64,000 nt of DNA, taken from NCBI GenBank assembly GCA_963822445.1, contig CAWGHO010000001.1, positions 1,056,001-1,120,000 of the forward strand, written 5' to 3'. The stretch comes from an uncultured Acidobacteriota bacterium (GTDB taxonomy: Bacteria; Acidobacteriota; Thermoanaerobaculia; Gp7-AA8). The notes under the pieces were generated by a model. It was not told the DNA's origin and made no database searches. It worked only from the letters and a program-made list of their open reading frames with translations. Shown in pieces: positions 9,717 through 20,042 of this stretch (the first letter of the stretch is position 1; every line of letters begins with the position of its first letter). The position numbers and the translations under genes are program-made.

Positions 9717-12167
9717 TTGCGCACTTTCCTCCTCACAGCTCTGCTCCTCACCGGCTCGGCCTTCGCTCAAAACCCGGCGATCACCGTCACTGTCGACGTG
9801 GCCGCGAATCGCCATTCCATCGATCCGCGCATCTACGGCGCCGCGTGGGCCGACTCGGGCGAGATCGACGAGCTCGGCCTGACCCTGAACCGCTGGGGCG
9901 GCAATGCCATGAGCCGCTACAACTGGGCGTTCAGCACCGCGAACCGCTGCAAGGACTATTACTTCTTCAACATCCCCGACATTTTTGGCGGTGGCGCGAA
10001 CGGAGAGTCTGCCGACGATTTCATCGCGTTCACACGCAACGCGGGCGCTGATCCGGTGATGACCATCCCCATGCTGTCGTTGCTTCCGGAGAGCAACCAG
10101 AAACAGTGCTCGTTTCCCGTGGCGACGTATCCGGGACAGGAAGACCACCACCTCGATCAGATTGATTGCGGCAACGGACGCATGGAGGACGGCAACGGCA
10201 TCGTCGGCGACGGCCCGCGCATCCTCGGCAACCCTGATCCGAGCAACATCAGCATCGCCTATCCCCTCTCCCACCAGGGCGACTGGGTGCAGCACATGAT
10301 CGATGAATTCGGCTCGGCCGCCGCGGGCGGGATGAAGTACTACTCGCTCGACAACGAGCCGGGCCTCTGGAGCTTCGACCACTGGGACGTTCATCCGACC
10401 GGCACGAGCTACGACGAAGTGTGGGAAAAGATGGAGGAGCTCGGGGCGATCATCCGCGCGAAGGACCCCGCGGCGGTAATCACGGGCGGCGAAGAGTGGG
10501 GCTGGTCGGGCTACTTCATGAGCGGTCTGGACATGGAGAACCTCGACGGCGCGGACCGAGCCGCACACGACGACCTCCCCTACTACGACTGGCTGCTGCA
10601 GCAGTTCGCCGATTACGAGGCCGACACCGGCGTGCGCATCCTCGACGTCTGGACGGCGCATTACTACCCGCAGAGCGGTGAGTTCTGGTCGGGCTCGACG
10701 ACGACGGAAATGCAGGAGCTGCGCAACCGCTCCACGCGCTCGCTCTGGGACCCGAACTACGTCGACGAGTCGTGGATCGGCGGCACGGAAGTCGGCGGCG
10801 CGAAGGTCAAACTCATCCCCCGCCTCAAAGACTGGGTGAATAACAACTATCCCGGCACGCAGATCGGCATCACCGAATACAACTGGGGCGACGTCGCCCA
10901 CATCAACGCCGCCACCACCCAGGCCGACATCCTGGGCATCTTCGGCCGTGAAGACCTGGACATGGCCATACGCTGGACTTCGCCGGACGCCGGCTCATTC
11001 GTCGGCAACGCCTTTCGGATGTATCGGAACTACGACGGGAACGACAGCACGTTCGGCGACGTCAGCGTGAGCGCGTCGGTGCCAAATCCCGATGAAGTCT
11101 CCGCGTTTGCCGCCGAACGCACCTCGGACGGCGCGTTGACGATCATGATCATCGAGAAAACGGTCGCCCCGGCGGTTCCGCCACCGGTGACGAGGTCCAT
11201 CACGGTGACTCTCGCCGGATTCACTCCGGCCCGGAACATCGATCGCTGGCAACTGGGATCGTCGAACACGATTACCCAGCTTGCCGACATCCAGCCCGGC
11301 ATCGGCTCGATCGCGCTGACCGTTCCGCTGCAGAGCATCACGCTGCTCGTCGTTCCCGCCGCGACCCCGCCCGACCCGCCGACCATCGGCTCGCCCACGC
11401 CGGGCGACGGCAGCGCTTCCATCGCCTTCACGCCGCCCGCAAACGACGGCGGCTCGAACATCACCAGCTACCTCGCCACCTGCCAGCCCAACGGCGCCAC
11501 CGGCAGCGGCGCGTCGTCGCCGGTTTCCGTCGCCGGGCTAACGAACGGCGTGACCTACTCCTGTTCCGTGCAGGCCATCAACGCCGCGGGAACGAGCGCG
11601 CCGTCGGGCACGGTGAATGTCACCCCCGGCAGTTCCGTTCCGATACTCACCGCAACCGCAACCAGCACCTCGCAGGTATCGCTGTCGTGGACGCCGGTCG
11701 CCGGCGCGATCGAGTACCAGATCCAGCGCAGCGTCAACGACAGCGCGTTCATGTCGCTCGGCGTCGTCGCCGCCACGTCCACCAACGACGGCGGACTCAC
11801 CGCCAACACGACCTATCTCTACAAGGTCCGCCCGGTGGACGGTCCGTTCAGCAACGTCGACGGGGCAACGACCATCGTCTTCACCGACTCCTCCGTCGTC
11901 GCCGGGACAGCCGTCAAAGCGGTGCACTTCACCGAGCTGCGCACCGCCGTGAACGCCATGCGCGCGGCGGCCGGACTTTCGCCGCAGGTCTTCACCGACG
12001 CGACGCTGACAACGATCAAAGCCGTGCATCTGACTGAGCTGCGAACCGCACTCGACGCCGCCCGCGCCGATATCGGCCTGCCCGCGCTCACCTACACCAA
12101 TCCTTCACCGTCGGGAACGACGGTGAAGGCGGTGCATGTGAATGAATTGCGGAGCGGCGTGAACTAG
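9717..12167 (+). CDS. Secreted GH44 endoglucanase-like protein with FN3 domains and C-terminal helical repeats
   Basis: RWGGNAMSRYNW, LDNEP and ITEYNWG GH44 motifs; FN3 segments; TTG start before signal peptide. Confidence 0.85.
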   Translation: MRTFLLTALLLTGSAFAQNPAITVTVDVAANRHSIDPRIYGAAWADSGEIDELGLTLNRWGGNAMSRYNWAFSTANRCKDYYFFNIPDIFGGGANGESADDFIAFTRNAGADPVMTIPMLSLLPESNQKQCSFPVATYPGQEDHHLDQIDCGNGRMEDGNGIVGDGPRILGNPDPSNISIAYPLSHQGDWVQHMIDEFGSAAAGGMKYYSLDNEPGLWSFDHWDVHPTGTSYDEVWEKMEELGAIIRAKDPAAVITGGEEWGWSGYFMSGLDMENLDGADRAAHDDLPYYDWLLQQFADYEADTGVRILDVWTAHYYPQSGEFWSGSTTTEMQELRNRSTRSLWDPNYVDESWIGGTEVGGAKVKLIPRLKDWVNNNYPGTQIGITEYNWGDVAHINAATTQADILGIFGREDLDMAIRWTSPDAGSFVGNAFRMYRNYDGNDSTFGDVSVSASVPNPDEVSAFAAERTSDGALTIMIIEKTVAPAVPPPVTRSITVTLAGFTPARNIDRWQLGSSNTITQLADIQPGIGSIALTVPLQSITLLVVPAATPPDPPTIGSPTPGDGSASIAFTPPANDGGSNITSYLATCQPNGATGSGASSPVSVAGLTNGVTYSCSVQAINAAGTSAPSGTVNVTPGSSVPILTATATSTSQVSLSWTPVAGAIEYQIQRSVNDSAFMSLGVVAATSTNDGGLTANTTYLYKVRPVDGPFSNVDGATTIVFTDSSVVAGTAVKAVHFTELRTAVNAMRAAAGLSPQVFTDATLTTIKAVHLTELRTALDAARADIGLPALTYTNPSPSGTTVKAVHVNELRSGVN

Positions 12168-14911
12168 TCGGGCACCGTCTCCAGGTCCCCGGCCACGATC
12201 ACGTGCAGCCGATCCGGGAAGAAGTGAAGCTTCATCGCCTGATTGGCCTGCTCTTTCGTGACCGCGCGCATGCGCGACGGATATTCGTCGAGGTACTTCG
12301 GACCGAAGCCGAATTTCTCGGCGGTCACCAGTGCGGAAGCGATCCCGGCGTTCGATCCGAGACCGACCTGGTAGTTGCCGGCGAAGAAGCTCTTCTGCGA
12401 TTCCACTTCCTCGTCGGTCAGCCCTTCGCGCGCGAACTTCTCGATCTCCTCGCGCGTCGACTTCATCGCCTTGGCCAGGTTCTGCGGGGCAACGTTGACG
12501 TTGACGTACCACATCCCGTCGACCTCGTCGCTGTATCCGAACCGCGACGCGAGGCTGTACGACAGCCCTTCGGTATCGCGCACGCGGCGGCCGATGCGCG
12601 ATGAAAGGGCGTTCTGTCCAAGAGCGGCGTTGGCGATGAGCGCGGCCTCGTAATCGGGATCGTTGCGACGCAGACCGCTGGCCGAGCCCATGATGATGTT
12701 CATGTTGGCCTTGCCGCGCATCGTGACCGCTTCCCGAACGGGCTTCTCGCCGGCGTTCGTGCGAGCGAGCTTCGCCAGCGAGAAACGCTCGCCGCGAGGG
12801 ATGTCGCCGAGATGCTTCTCGACGAGGGCGATGGTCTTCGCGGCATCGACGTCGCCGACGATGGCCAGGATCAACCCCGCGCCGGTGAAGCGAGCCGCAT
12901 GAAACGCGCGGAGATCCGCTTCCGTCGCCGCATTCACACTGGCCAACATTTTTTCGCGGCCTGACGAGCGATACGGATGCCCGTCGGCGTAGACGACCTG
13001 CGTGAGCCGCTCCATGCCGCGCGAGGAGGTGGCGTCGTCGAGCCGGAGAATGTTCGTCTCCAGCTCCTTCTTCGCCTTGGCCAGCTCCTCGGCATCGAAC
13101 GCGGGGTTCTTCAGCTCATCGGCGAGGACGTCGACGAGCAGTGGAAGATCGCGAGAGAGGCCGTTGAGGTTGATCGAGGTCTCGGTCAAGGCGGCGAAGT
13201 ACGAGCGCGTCGCACCGGCGTTGTCGAGCAGCGCGCCGATCTGCTCCTTCGTGCGCGATTTCGTGCCCCGCTGCAGCATCGCCGTGGTCAACGCGGCAAC
13301 GGCAGGCTTGCCCGCGGGGGCCGCGGTCTCACCGGCGAAGGCGATGCCGCGAATGGCGACGGTAGGAACGGAGCGGTTCTCGACGACGTCGAGGATGATG
13401 CCGTTTTTGAGGACCTTGCGGGTCGTGCGCTCGGCGAAGGTGGTTTTCGTACGGCGCGCGTCCCGCGCGCTCGCGGCGGGCATCTTGCCCGTCGCTTTCT
13501 CCGGTTCCCGCGGAGCGGCACGCTCCGCGGTGGCGGGCGGGACGCCCGCCGTACGGGCCGCCGCCCCAGCCACGAACCACCCCACCGTCGCATGCTCCGG
13601 CACGAGATACGCCGCGGCCACGCGCTTCACATCGGCCGCTGTCACGGCCTTGATGTTGTCGACGTAGGTGAGGAACCACTTCCAGTCCGTCGAGGCGACG
13701 GCTTCGCCGAGGTTCGAGGCGAAGTTGTAGGTGCCGTCGCGGCTGCGCACGATCGCCACTTCGATCTGCTGCTGCGCGCGCTTCACTTCCTCATCGGTTA
13801 CGCCCTTCGCGACCACTTCCGCCAGCGCGGCCTTGATCGCGTCCTCGACTTCCTGATGTTTCCTGCCCGGCGCTACCGTCGCGTCGACGAGCAGCGGATA
13901 GGGATCGCGCAACGTGAAGTTGTTCGAGTTGACGTTCGTCGCCAGCCCCGTCTCGACGAGCGAGCGATGCAGACGCGAGTTCACGCCTTCCGCGAGCAGC
14001 ACGCTCAACACTTCGAGCGGCATGAAGTCGGGATGCGTTCCGCCCGGACGAATGTAGCCGACCATCACCATCCCCACGGTGCCCGGCCGCTGCACGAGCG
14101 TGCGCCGCTCCCCTTCCTGCGGCGGCTCGGCAGTGATGACCTGCGGAATCGGCGTCGATGATTTCTTGAACGCGCCGAACTCGCGATCGAACAGCGCCAG
14201 CGCCTTCTCCGAGTCGAAATCGCCGACCAGGATGGCCTCGGCATTGTTCGGGTGGAAGAAGGCCTTGTAGTGGTCGCGCAGTTTCTCGGTGGTCACCCCT
14301 TCGATGTCGGAGCGATAGCCGATCGTCGACCAGTGATAGGGATGGGCCTGAATGGCCGTGGCTACCGTGGCCTTGAACAGCGCCTGCCAGGGATTGTTCT
14401 CGCCGATCTCGAACTCATTGCGAACGACGGACATCTCCGACTGCCGCTCGCTGTCGAGAATGAGCGCGCGGCCGAGGCGGTCGGCCTCGATCTTCATCGC
14501 CAGCTCGAGCTTGTCCGTGGGCAGCGTCGAGTAGCCGTTCATCCGGTCGTACCACGTGGTCATGTTCGTCGACGAGAAGTCGGCGCCGGCCTCGTAGAGC
14601 ACTTCCTGGAAGGTCTTGTGCCCCTTGGCTCGGCCGAAGTTCTCCGTCGACTTGTTGAAGATCATGTGCTCGAGCAGATGCGCGGAGCCGGTGTTGCCCG
14701 GCGCCTCGTTCCGCGAGCCGACGTGGTAGACGACCATGAAGGTGAAGACCGGCGAGGTGTGATCGGGGACCAGGAGGATGGTCATCCCGTTCGACTTGAG
14801 CCGGTACTGGGTGATGCCGCGGAACGTTTCGACTTCTTCGACGTTCGGCGGGAGGGCGGCGAAGGAAGAGGTGGCGACGAAAAGCAAAGCGAGAGCGAAG
14901 GCTCGGCGCAT
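12164..14911 (-). CDS. M16 (pitrilysin/PqqL-like) zinc protease
   Basis: HLLEH inverted zinc motif; RDTEGLSY; signal peptide. Confidence 0.92.
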   Translation of the reverse strand: MRRAFALALLFVATSSFAALPPNVEEVETFRGITQYRLKSNGMTILLVPDHTSPVFTFMVVYHVGSRNEAPGNTGSAHLLEHMIFNKSTENFGRAKGHKTFQEVLYEAGADFSSTNMTTWYDRMNGYSTLPTDKLELAMKIEADRLGRALILDSERQSEMSVVRNEFEIGENNPWQALFKATVATAIQAHPYHWSTIGYRSDIEGVTTEKLRDHYKAFFHPNNAEAILVGDFDSEKALALFDREFGAFKKSSTPIPQVITAEPPQEGERRTLVQRPGTVGMVMVGYIRPGGTHPDFMPLEVLSVLLAEGVNSRLHRSLVETGLATNVNSNNFTLRDPYPLLVDATVAPGRKHQEVEDAIKAALAEVVAKGVTDEEVKRAQQQIEVAIVRSRDGTYNFASNLGEAVASTDWKWFLTYVDNIKAVTAADVKRVAAAYLVPEHATVGWFVAGAAARTAGVPPATAERAAPREPEKATGKMPAASARDARRTKTTFAERTTRKVLKNGIILDVVENRSVPTVAIRGIAFAGETAAPAGKPAVAALTTAMLQRGTKSRTKEQIGALLDNAGATRSYFAALTETSINLNGLSRDLPLLVDVLADELKNPAFDAEELAKAKKELETNILRLDDATSSRGMERLTQVVYADGHPYRSSGREKMLASVNAATEADLRAFHAARFTGAGLILAIVGDVDAAKTIALVEKHLGDIPRGERFSLAKLARTNAGEKPVREAVTMRGKANMNIIMGSASGLRRNDPDYEAALIANAALGQNALSSRIGRRVRDTEGLSYSLASRFGYSDEVDGMWYVNVNVAPQNLAKAMKSTREEIEKFAREGLTDEEVESQKSFFAGNYQVGLGSNAGIASALVTAEKFGFGPKYLDEYPSRMRAVTKEQANQAMKLHFFPDRLHVIVAGDLETVPD
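13449..13554. repeat. GTAC-bounded REP-like multi-hairpin element inside the M16 gene
   Basis: GTACGGCG...GGGACGCCCGCCGTAC; same architecture as 16404-16503 and 26517-26617. Confidence 0.85.
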
Positions 14912-14925
14912 GGGGCTCCTTTTGA

Positions 14926-15033
14926 AATGCAGAATGCAGAATGCAGAATGCAGAAAGAAGAAAGCGTGAGAGTTACAGTCCTCTAAATTCTCGCTTCATC
15001 TTTTCTGCATTCTGCATTCTGCATTCTGCATTC
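14926..15033. repeat. Inverted heptamer tandem-repeat element (AATGCAG)4 ... (CTGCATT)4
   Basis: Direct reading; intergenic. Confidence 0.92.
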
Positions 15034-15047
15034 GCGCGCCAGCGCGC

Positions 15048-15491
15048 TCACTTCATCCACTCGAAGACCTGATAGTGCTCGCCGTTCATACCGAGACGGG
15101 TGTAGACCTTCTGGGCCGGCGTGTTCCGCTTGTCGACGTACAGGCGGATGCCGCGCACCGTCGACTGTTCGACCATCGATTTCACGTGGTCGTACAGACC
15201 AGCGTAAACGCCGCGGCGGCGAAATTCGGGGATCACGTACACGCTCTGAATCCACCAGACCATGCCGTTGCGCCAGTCGCTCCATTCGTAGGTGATCATC
15301 AATGAAGCGATGACGCGGCCGTCACTTTCGGCGATGTAGTAGCGGCCGAGGGCGGGGTCGGCGAAGACGGCGTTGACACCGCGGGTGAGGACGTCGCGAT
15401 CGAGCTCGAGGTCCTCGGTCTCGCGGGCCATGGCCAGCTGGAAGTCGATGATCGCGCTTGCGTCGGCGGGAAGGGCTTCGCGATAGTGCAC
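15048..15491 (-). CDS. GNAT-family N-acetyltransferase
   Basis: YEWSDWRNG, VYVIPEFRRRG, NTPAQKVYTRLG. Confidence 0.9.
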   Translation of the reverse strand: MHYREALPADASAIIDFQLAMARETEDLELDRDVLTRGVNAVFADPALGRYYIAESDGRVIASLMITYEWSDWRNGMVWWIQSVYVIPEFRRRGVYAGLYDHVKSMVEQSTVRGIRLYVDKRNTPAQKVYTRLGMNGEHYQVFEWMK

Positions 15492-15494
15492 GGC

Positions 15495-16403
15495 GTGACA
15501 TTACCAAACGCCACGCGCCGGGCCGTCCTGCTGATGGTCGCCTCGGCGTTTTTCTTCGGGGTGATGGCCTTCGCGGCCAAGCTGGCGTCGACCCGACTGT
15601 CGGGGTCGGAGGTGGCGTTCATCCGCTTCGCGACGGGACTTCTTCCGGTGATGCTCGTTCCGCGCTGGCGGCGCAGCGCGCTCACCTTTCAACGCCTCGA
15701 TCTCTTGTTTTATCGGGGATTCTTCGGCGGACTGGCGGTGCTCTGCTACTTCATCGCCATCGAGCACATCAACGTCGGCGTGGCCACGCTGCTCAATTAC
15801 ACGGCGCCGGTTTTCTCGGGCCTGTTCTCGATGTACTTTCTGCGCGAGCACATCAGCCCGAAGGTCTTGCTGCCGACGCCGATCGCGCTCCTCGGCGTCT
15901 TTCTCGTGGTCGGCGCGCACGCAGCGCCCGGCGAGCTGCTCGGGTTCGCACGCTGGGAGTTGATCGGCCTGGCATCGGCGCTTTTTTCCGGCGCCGCGGT
16001 GACAGCCATGCGCGCGGCGCGGCAGGGCGAAAATTCGTGGGCGGTCTACACGAGCTTCTGCCTTCTGGGCACGCTGCTCACGGCGCCGTTCGCGATCACG
16101 ACCTGGAAGAATCCGACGCTGCACGAGTGGCAATCGCTCGCGGCGACGTCGATCTTCGCGATTGCCGCGCAGCTCCTGCTCACCTTCAGCCTGCGCTGGG
16201 TCGATGCGATGACCGTCGGCGTGATCTCCCAGCTGGCCGTGGTCGTGGCGATGATCATGGGCGTGACGCTGCTCGACGAGAGCATTTCCGCGATGGCCGT
16301 CACGGGCGCCGCGCTCACCATCGGCGGCGTGGTCGGCGTCGTCTACGTGACGTCGTGGACGAAGCGGACGGTCGCCGCCGTGGAAGTCGCGCCGGAATCG
16401 TGA
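15495..16403 (+). CDS. DMT/EamA-family transporter
   Basis: About 10 TM segments; ATLLNYTAPVF; start uncertain (15486 or 15495). Confidence 0.88.
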   Translation: MTLPNATRRAVLLMVASAFFFGVMAFAAKLASTRLSGSEVAFIRFATGLLPVMLVPRWRRSALTFQRLDLLFYRGFFGGLAVLCYFIAIEHINVGVATLLNYTAPVFSGLFSMYFLREHISPKVLLPTPIALLGVFLVVGAHAAPGELLGFARWELIGLASALFSGAAVTAMRAARQGENSWAVYTSFCLLGTLLTAPFAITTWKNPTLHEWQSLAATSIFAIAAQLLLTFSLRWVDAMTVGVISQLAVVVAMIMGVTLLDESISAMAVTGAALTIGGVVGVVYVTSWTKRTVAAVEVAPES

Positions 16404-16503
16404 GTACGGCGGGCGTCTCGCCCGCTATCCGCCGCGCATCCTGCGCGGCGGTTCAGGGCCGGGCAGGATGCCCGGCCCTAGGCGGGCGGGACGCCCGCCG
16501 TAC
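16404..16503. repeat. GTAC-bounded REP-like multi-hairpin element
   Basis: Terminal inverted GTACGGCGGGCGTC / GACGCCCGCCGTAC with internal hairpins; lies between convergent genes. Confidence 0.88.
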
Positions 16504-16510
16504 AGCGACC

Positions 16511-16831
16511 CTACTGCTTGTTGAGGTGCCGCGAGATGTACGCGGTCATCTCGAACATCGACAGCGAGGTGTTGCCGTCGAAGACCGGCAGCAGATTCTC
16601 ATCCGCGCGGATGCGCCGCTTGTTTTCCGGATCCTGCAGGTCGTGCTTCTTGATGTACTCCCAGACCCGCTTCATCGCGTCGCCGCGCGAGAGCGGCTTC
16701 GACCCGACGATGTGCGCGAGCTCGGGCGTCGGCGTGACCAGCGCCGCCAGCGCTCCGCGGGCGGTGTTGCCCGACGCTTGTGGTGACTTGATTGCGCGTT
16801 GCTTACTTTCTTTTTTCCCTTTGATCGGCAT
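16511..16831 (-). CDS. SWIB/MDM2 domain protein
   Basis: LAHIVG, VWEYIKKHDLQDPENKRRIRAD, SMFEM. Confidence 0.9.
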   Translation of the reverse strand: MPIKGKKESKQRAIKSPQASGNTARGALAALVTPTPELAHIVGSKPLSRGDAMKRVWEYIKKHDLQDPENKRRIRADENLLPVFDGNTSLSMFEMTAYISRHLNKQ

Positions 16832-16875
16832 GGGCGGAAGTTGCTGCAGCAGGCGGGCCAAGAGAGAATCCGGTC

Positions 16876-17341
16876 ATGCCCTCCAGAACCTTCAAAGCCA
16901 CCATCGTTCGCGACGGGTCGATGTGCTTCATCGCCGGTTCCCTTCGATCCTAAGGAGGTCTTCGGCAAGGTTCGCGCGCCGGTGAAAGTAACGCTGAACG
17001 GCTACACCTATCGGAGCACGATCGCGGCGATGGGCGGGTTTTGCATTCCGTTGCGCAAGAGCAACCGGGAGGCGGCCGGGCTCGAGGGCGGTGAGACGCT
17101 CGACGTGCGGCTGGATCTCGACACGGAGAAGCGAGAGGTCGCGGTCCCGAAAGACTTCGAGAAGGCGCTTCGTGCCGCGCCGCCGGCGTGGGAACGATGG
17201 GAAGAGCTGAGCTTCAGCCATCAGCGCGAGTACGTCGAGGCGGTGGAGGGAGCGAAGAAGGCGGAGACGCGCGACCGGCGGATCGCGGCCGCGGTGGAGG
17301 CGATAGGCTCAAAGGCTCAGAGGCGCAAAGGCTCAAAGTAA
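16876..17341 (+). CDS. DUF1905 + YdeI/OmpD-associated domain protein, frameshift near 16933
   Basis: MPSRTFKATI then VPFDPKEVFGKVRAPVKVTLNG; SHQREYV...AKKAETR. Confidence 0.8.
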
Positions 17342-17383
17342 CCTGACCCTTTGCGCCCTTGAGCCTTTGCGCCTTTGCGCCTA
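17304..17383. repeat. Inverted octamer tandem-repeat element (AGGCKCAA)n ... (TTGMGCCT)n
   Basis: Four units per arm; left arm is translated as the C-terminus of the upstream gene. Confidence 0.88.
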
Positions 17384-17417
17384 CTAACCTTCTCCGCCGG
17401 GCACCGTATGACGATTC

Positions 17418-18224
17418 ATGCGATCGATTCTCGCTCTCGCTCTCGCTCTCGCTCTGTCCGTCGTTCCCGCCGTCGCGCAAACACCCCCGCCGCCTCGCGC
17501 GGAAATCCTCGTCCTCGGCACGTACCACATGAACAATCCGGGGCGGGACATCTACAACAGCAAGGTCGACGACGTCCTCGCGCCGAAGCGGCAGGCGGAG
17601 ATCGCCCAGCTCATCGAAGTGCTGGAGCGGTTCCAGCCGACGAAGATCTCCGTCGAGCGCAATGCGGGCGATGAGCGGATCAAGAAGGATTACGCCGCGT
17701 ACCTGGCCGGCACGCACGAGCTGACGCGCAATGAGATCGAGCAGATCGGCTTCCGCCTGGCGAAAAAGCTCGGCCACAAGATGGTGTACGCGGTCGATGC
17801 CGACGGCGAGTTTCCGTACATGCGGCTGCTCAAATTCGTGAAGGCGACCGGCCGTTCGCAGGAGTTCGACGCGTTGTCGGCGGAGATCGGCGAAATGGTG
17901 AAGCGGAAGGACGCCTACCTTGCCTCTCACACCATCCTGGAAACGCTGCTGTACATGAACGCCGATGAACAGGTCGCGCAGGACGTCGGCTTCTACTACC
18001 GGCAGGCTGAGTTCAGCGAGCCGTGGGACTGGGCGGGACCGGATCTCCTCTCCGACTGGTATCGCCGCAACATGCGCATCTACGGCAACGTCATGCCGCT
18101 GGTCACCTCGCCCAACGAGCGCATCCTCCTCGTCTACGGCTCCGGCCACCTCGGCTGGCTGCAAAACGCTTTCGCCAGCAACCCGCGTCTGCGACTGCGC
18201 AAACTGCACGAGCTCGCCAGGTAA
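17418..18224 (+). CDS. Secreted DUF5694-like protein
   Basis: LVLGTYHM, NEIEQIGFRLA, WYRRN and YGSGH motifs. Confidence 0.7.
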   Translation: MRSILALALALALSVVPAVAQTPPPPRAEILVLGTYHMNNPGRDIYNSKVDDVLAPKRQAEIAQLIEVLERFQPTKISVERNAGDERIKKDYAAYLAGTHELTRNEIEQIGFRLAKKLGHKMVYAVDADGEFPYMRLLKFVKATGRSQEFDALSAEIGEMVKRKDAYLASHTILETLLYMNADEQVAQDVGFYYRQAEFSEPWDWAGPDLLSDWYRRNMRIYGNVMPLVTSPNERILLVYGSGHLGWLQNAFASNPRLRLRKLHELAR

Positions 18225-18262
18225 CGCGGCAACGGAACGTTCGCTGCACCCGTAGCACCGTC

Positions 18263-19053
18263 ATGCGCATGCGCTTTCTCGCGCTCGGTCTGATGGTGGC
18301 GCTTCATGCGGATGCGCGCACGCGCGCCGTCAGGCATCCGACAGTGATTCCGACACCCGCGTCGGTGATGTGGATCGGCGCGCATCCGGATGACGAGGTG
18401 GTGGCCGCTCCCCTGCTCGCGAAATGGTGTCGCGATGCGGGCGCGCGATGTGCGTTTCTCCTGCTCACCCGCGGCGAGGCCGGACCATGTCTTCGTGCGG
18501 ATGGTTGTCTTCCCGACGTCGCCTCGGTTCGCAGCGCGGAAGCTGCCGCGGCGGCGCAGTACTTCGGCGCGACGTCGATTCTCCTCACCCTTCCCGATGG
18601 CGGAGGATCCGCCGCGCCGAATTGGGAACCTCGGGAAGACGTAGTCGCCGCGCTCGCGAATTACATCGCAGCGTTCCGTCCGGCGGCGATCCTCACCTTC
18701 GATCCGCGCCACGGAACGACTTGTCATCCCGATCATCGCGCGACCGGCGACCTCGTTCTCGAAGCCGTGACGCGACTGCCGTACGTTCCGGCCGTTTATC
18801 TGCTCGAGACGAGAACGAACATCACCTCGTTCCGATCCGCGTTTCCATCGGCGGAGCGCTTCGACGCGAATCCGATTCTGCAATCGACCGGCGAGCCGGC
18901 GTGGAACGCGGCGATCGACGTCATGCGCTGCATCCCAGCCAGTTCGATGAGTCGTGGATTCGGCCGATCGAGAACGTGCCGCGCGCAGATCGCGCGGTGT
19001 TCATCGCTCCCGCGTCAACGGCTCTGCTTCAAACCGTTGATGAATGCCGCTGA
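18263..19053 (+). CDS. Secreted PIG-L/LmbE-family deacetylase, frameshift near 18930
   Basis: GAHPDDE, TRGEAG, HPDH; C-terminus HPSQFDESW lies in another frame. Confidence 0.82.
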
Positions 19054-19937
19054 GCCGACGGGCGCTTGACCGACTTCGCCAGACCGGCCTTTTCCAGCAG
19101 CACGATCACGTACCAGCCGAAATCGAGCTGCCACGCGCGTCCAACCGAAGCGCGCCGGAAGACGGCACGGCGTGGTGATTGCGGTGCCAGTTCTCGCCCT
19201 GAAAAAAGTGGATGGGGCCGAGCCAGCCGATGTTCTGCGAGGAATCCTCGCCGGCGCTGCCGGGCCTCGCGCATGTGCGCGATGCTGTTCACGAAGCACT
19301 GCGCATGCAGCGAAGCGACGAGCCGCATCGGCCCGAGCCAGAAGAACGCGGGAATGCCGAAGGCGAGCCCGCCGAAGAGCGACACGGCCAGCAAGGGGAT
19401 CTGCATCCGCCGCCAGAAGCGATACTCCGGCTTGTCGAGATCGGGGGACCAGCGGCTCACCGGCACATTGCCGGCCTGCCACAACCAGCGCAGGTGCGCC
19501 CACCAGAACCCGCCGATCCAGGGGCTGGAGATGTCTTCGACGGTCTCGACCTTCGAGTGATGCTGGCGATGATTCGCCGTCCAGGAATCGGGCGATCCGG
19601 AGCCGTTGAACATCGCGAAGAAGATCAGGATGTGCTTGACGACCGGGTGAAGCCGCAGCGCGGTGTGGGCCAGCGCGCGGTGGTAGCAGACCGTGACGCC
19701 TAGGGCGCCCATCCATGCGAGCGCGACGGTGGCGGTGATCACCCGCCAGCCGGGCGTGGCGAAAAACATCAGGCCGATGGCGGCGAGAATGTGGATGGTG
19801 ACGACGTAATAGAAGGTGGCCCGGTCGCCCTTTGCCGTCTTCCACCAAGGCATCGACCAGGGCTCGGTGCCCAGACTCGAAACGATGGCGTGTGGTTTAG
19901 GTGTTTCTTCGGCCTGCGGCCAAGTCCCTGAGGTCAT
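19029..19937 (-). CDS. Membrane fatty acid desaturase (delta-9-like), with compensating frameshifts near 19140-19250
   Basis: YHRALAH, HRQHH and FWWAH; third His box GENWHRNHH is in a shifted frame. Confidence 0.85.
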   Translation of the reverse strand: MTSGTWPQAEETPKPHAIVSSLGTEPWSMPWWKTAKGDRATFYYVVTIHILAAIGLMFFATPGWRVITATVALAWMGALGVTVCYHRALAHTALRLHPVVKHILIFFAMFNGSGSPDSWTANHRQHHSKVETVEDISSPWIGGFWWAHLRWLWQAGNVPVSRWSPDLDKPEYRFWRRMQIPLLAVSLFGGLAFGIPAFFWLGPMRLVASLHAQCFVNSIAHMREARQRRRGFLAEHRLARPHPLFSGRELAPQSPRRAVFRRASVGRAWQLDFGWYVIVLLEKAGLAKSVKRPSAQRHSSTV

Positions 19938-20042
19938 TCATCTTGCCTTCCGTGGCATTCGACCTCGGCCGAGCGCAGCAAGTACAAGCGGGACCATACC
20001 ATGGCAATTCCGGTACCCGTTTCGGGACTGTGCCGAAGTGCG

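Noticed and set aside
9030-10901. Long antisense or overlapping ORFs (e.g. 9030-10901, 24429-26375, 37984-39804, 54330-55823) as genes
   Set aside because: They shadow well-supported genes and are expected in high-GC DNA. Only the 3' end of 9030-10901 is real, as the peroxiredoxin N-terminus.
17429-17455. (CTCGCT)n hexamer run as a phase-variation tract
   Set aside because: It encodes LALALALA in a signal peptide, and unit changes would not alter the frame.
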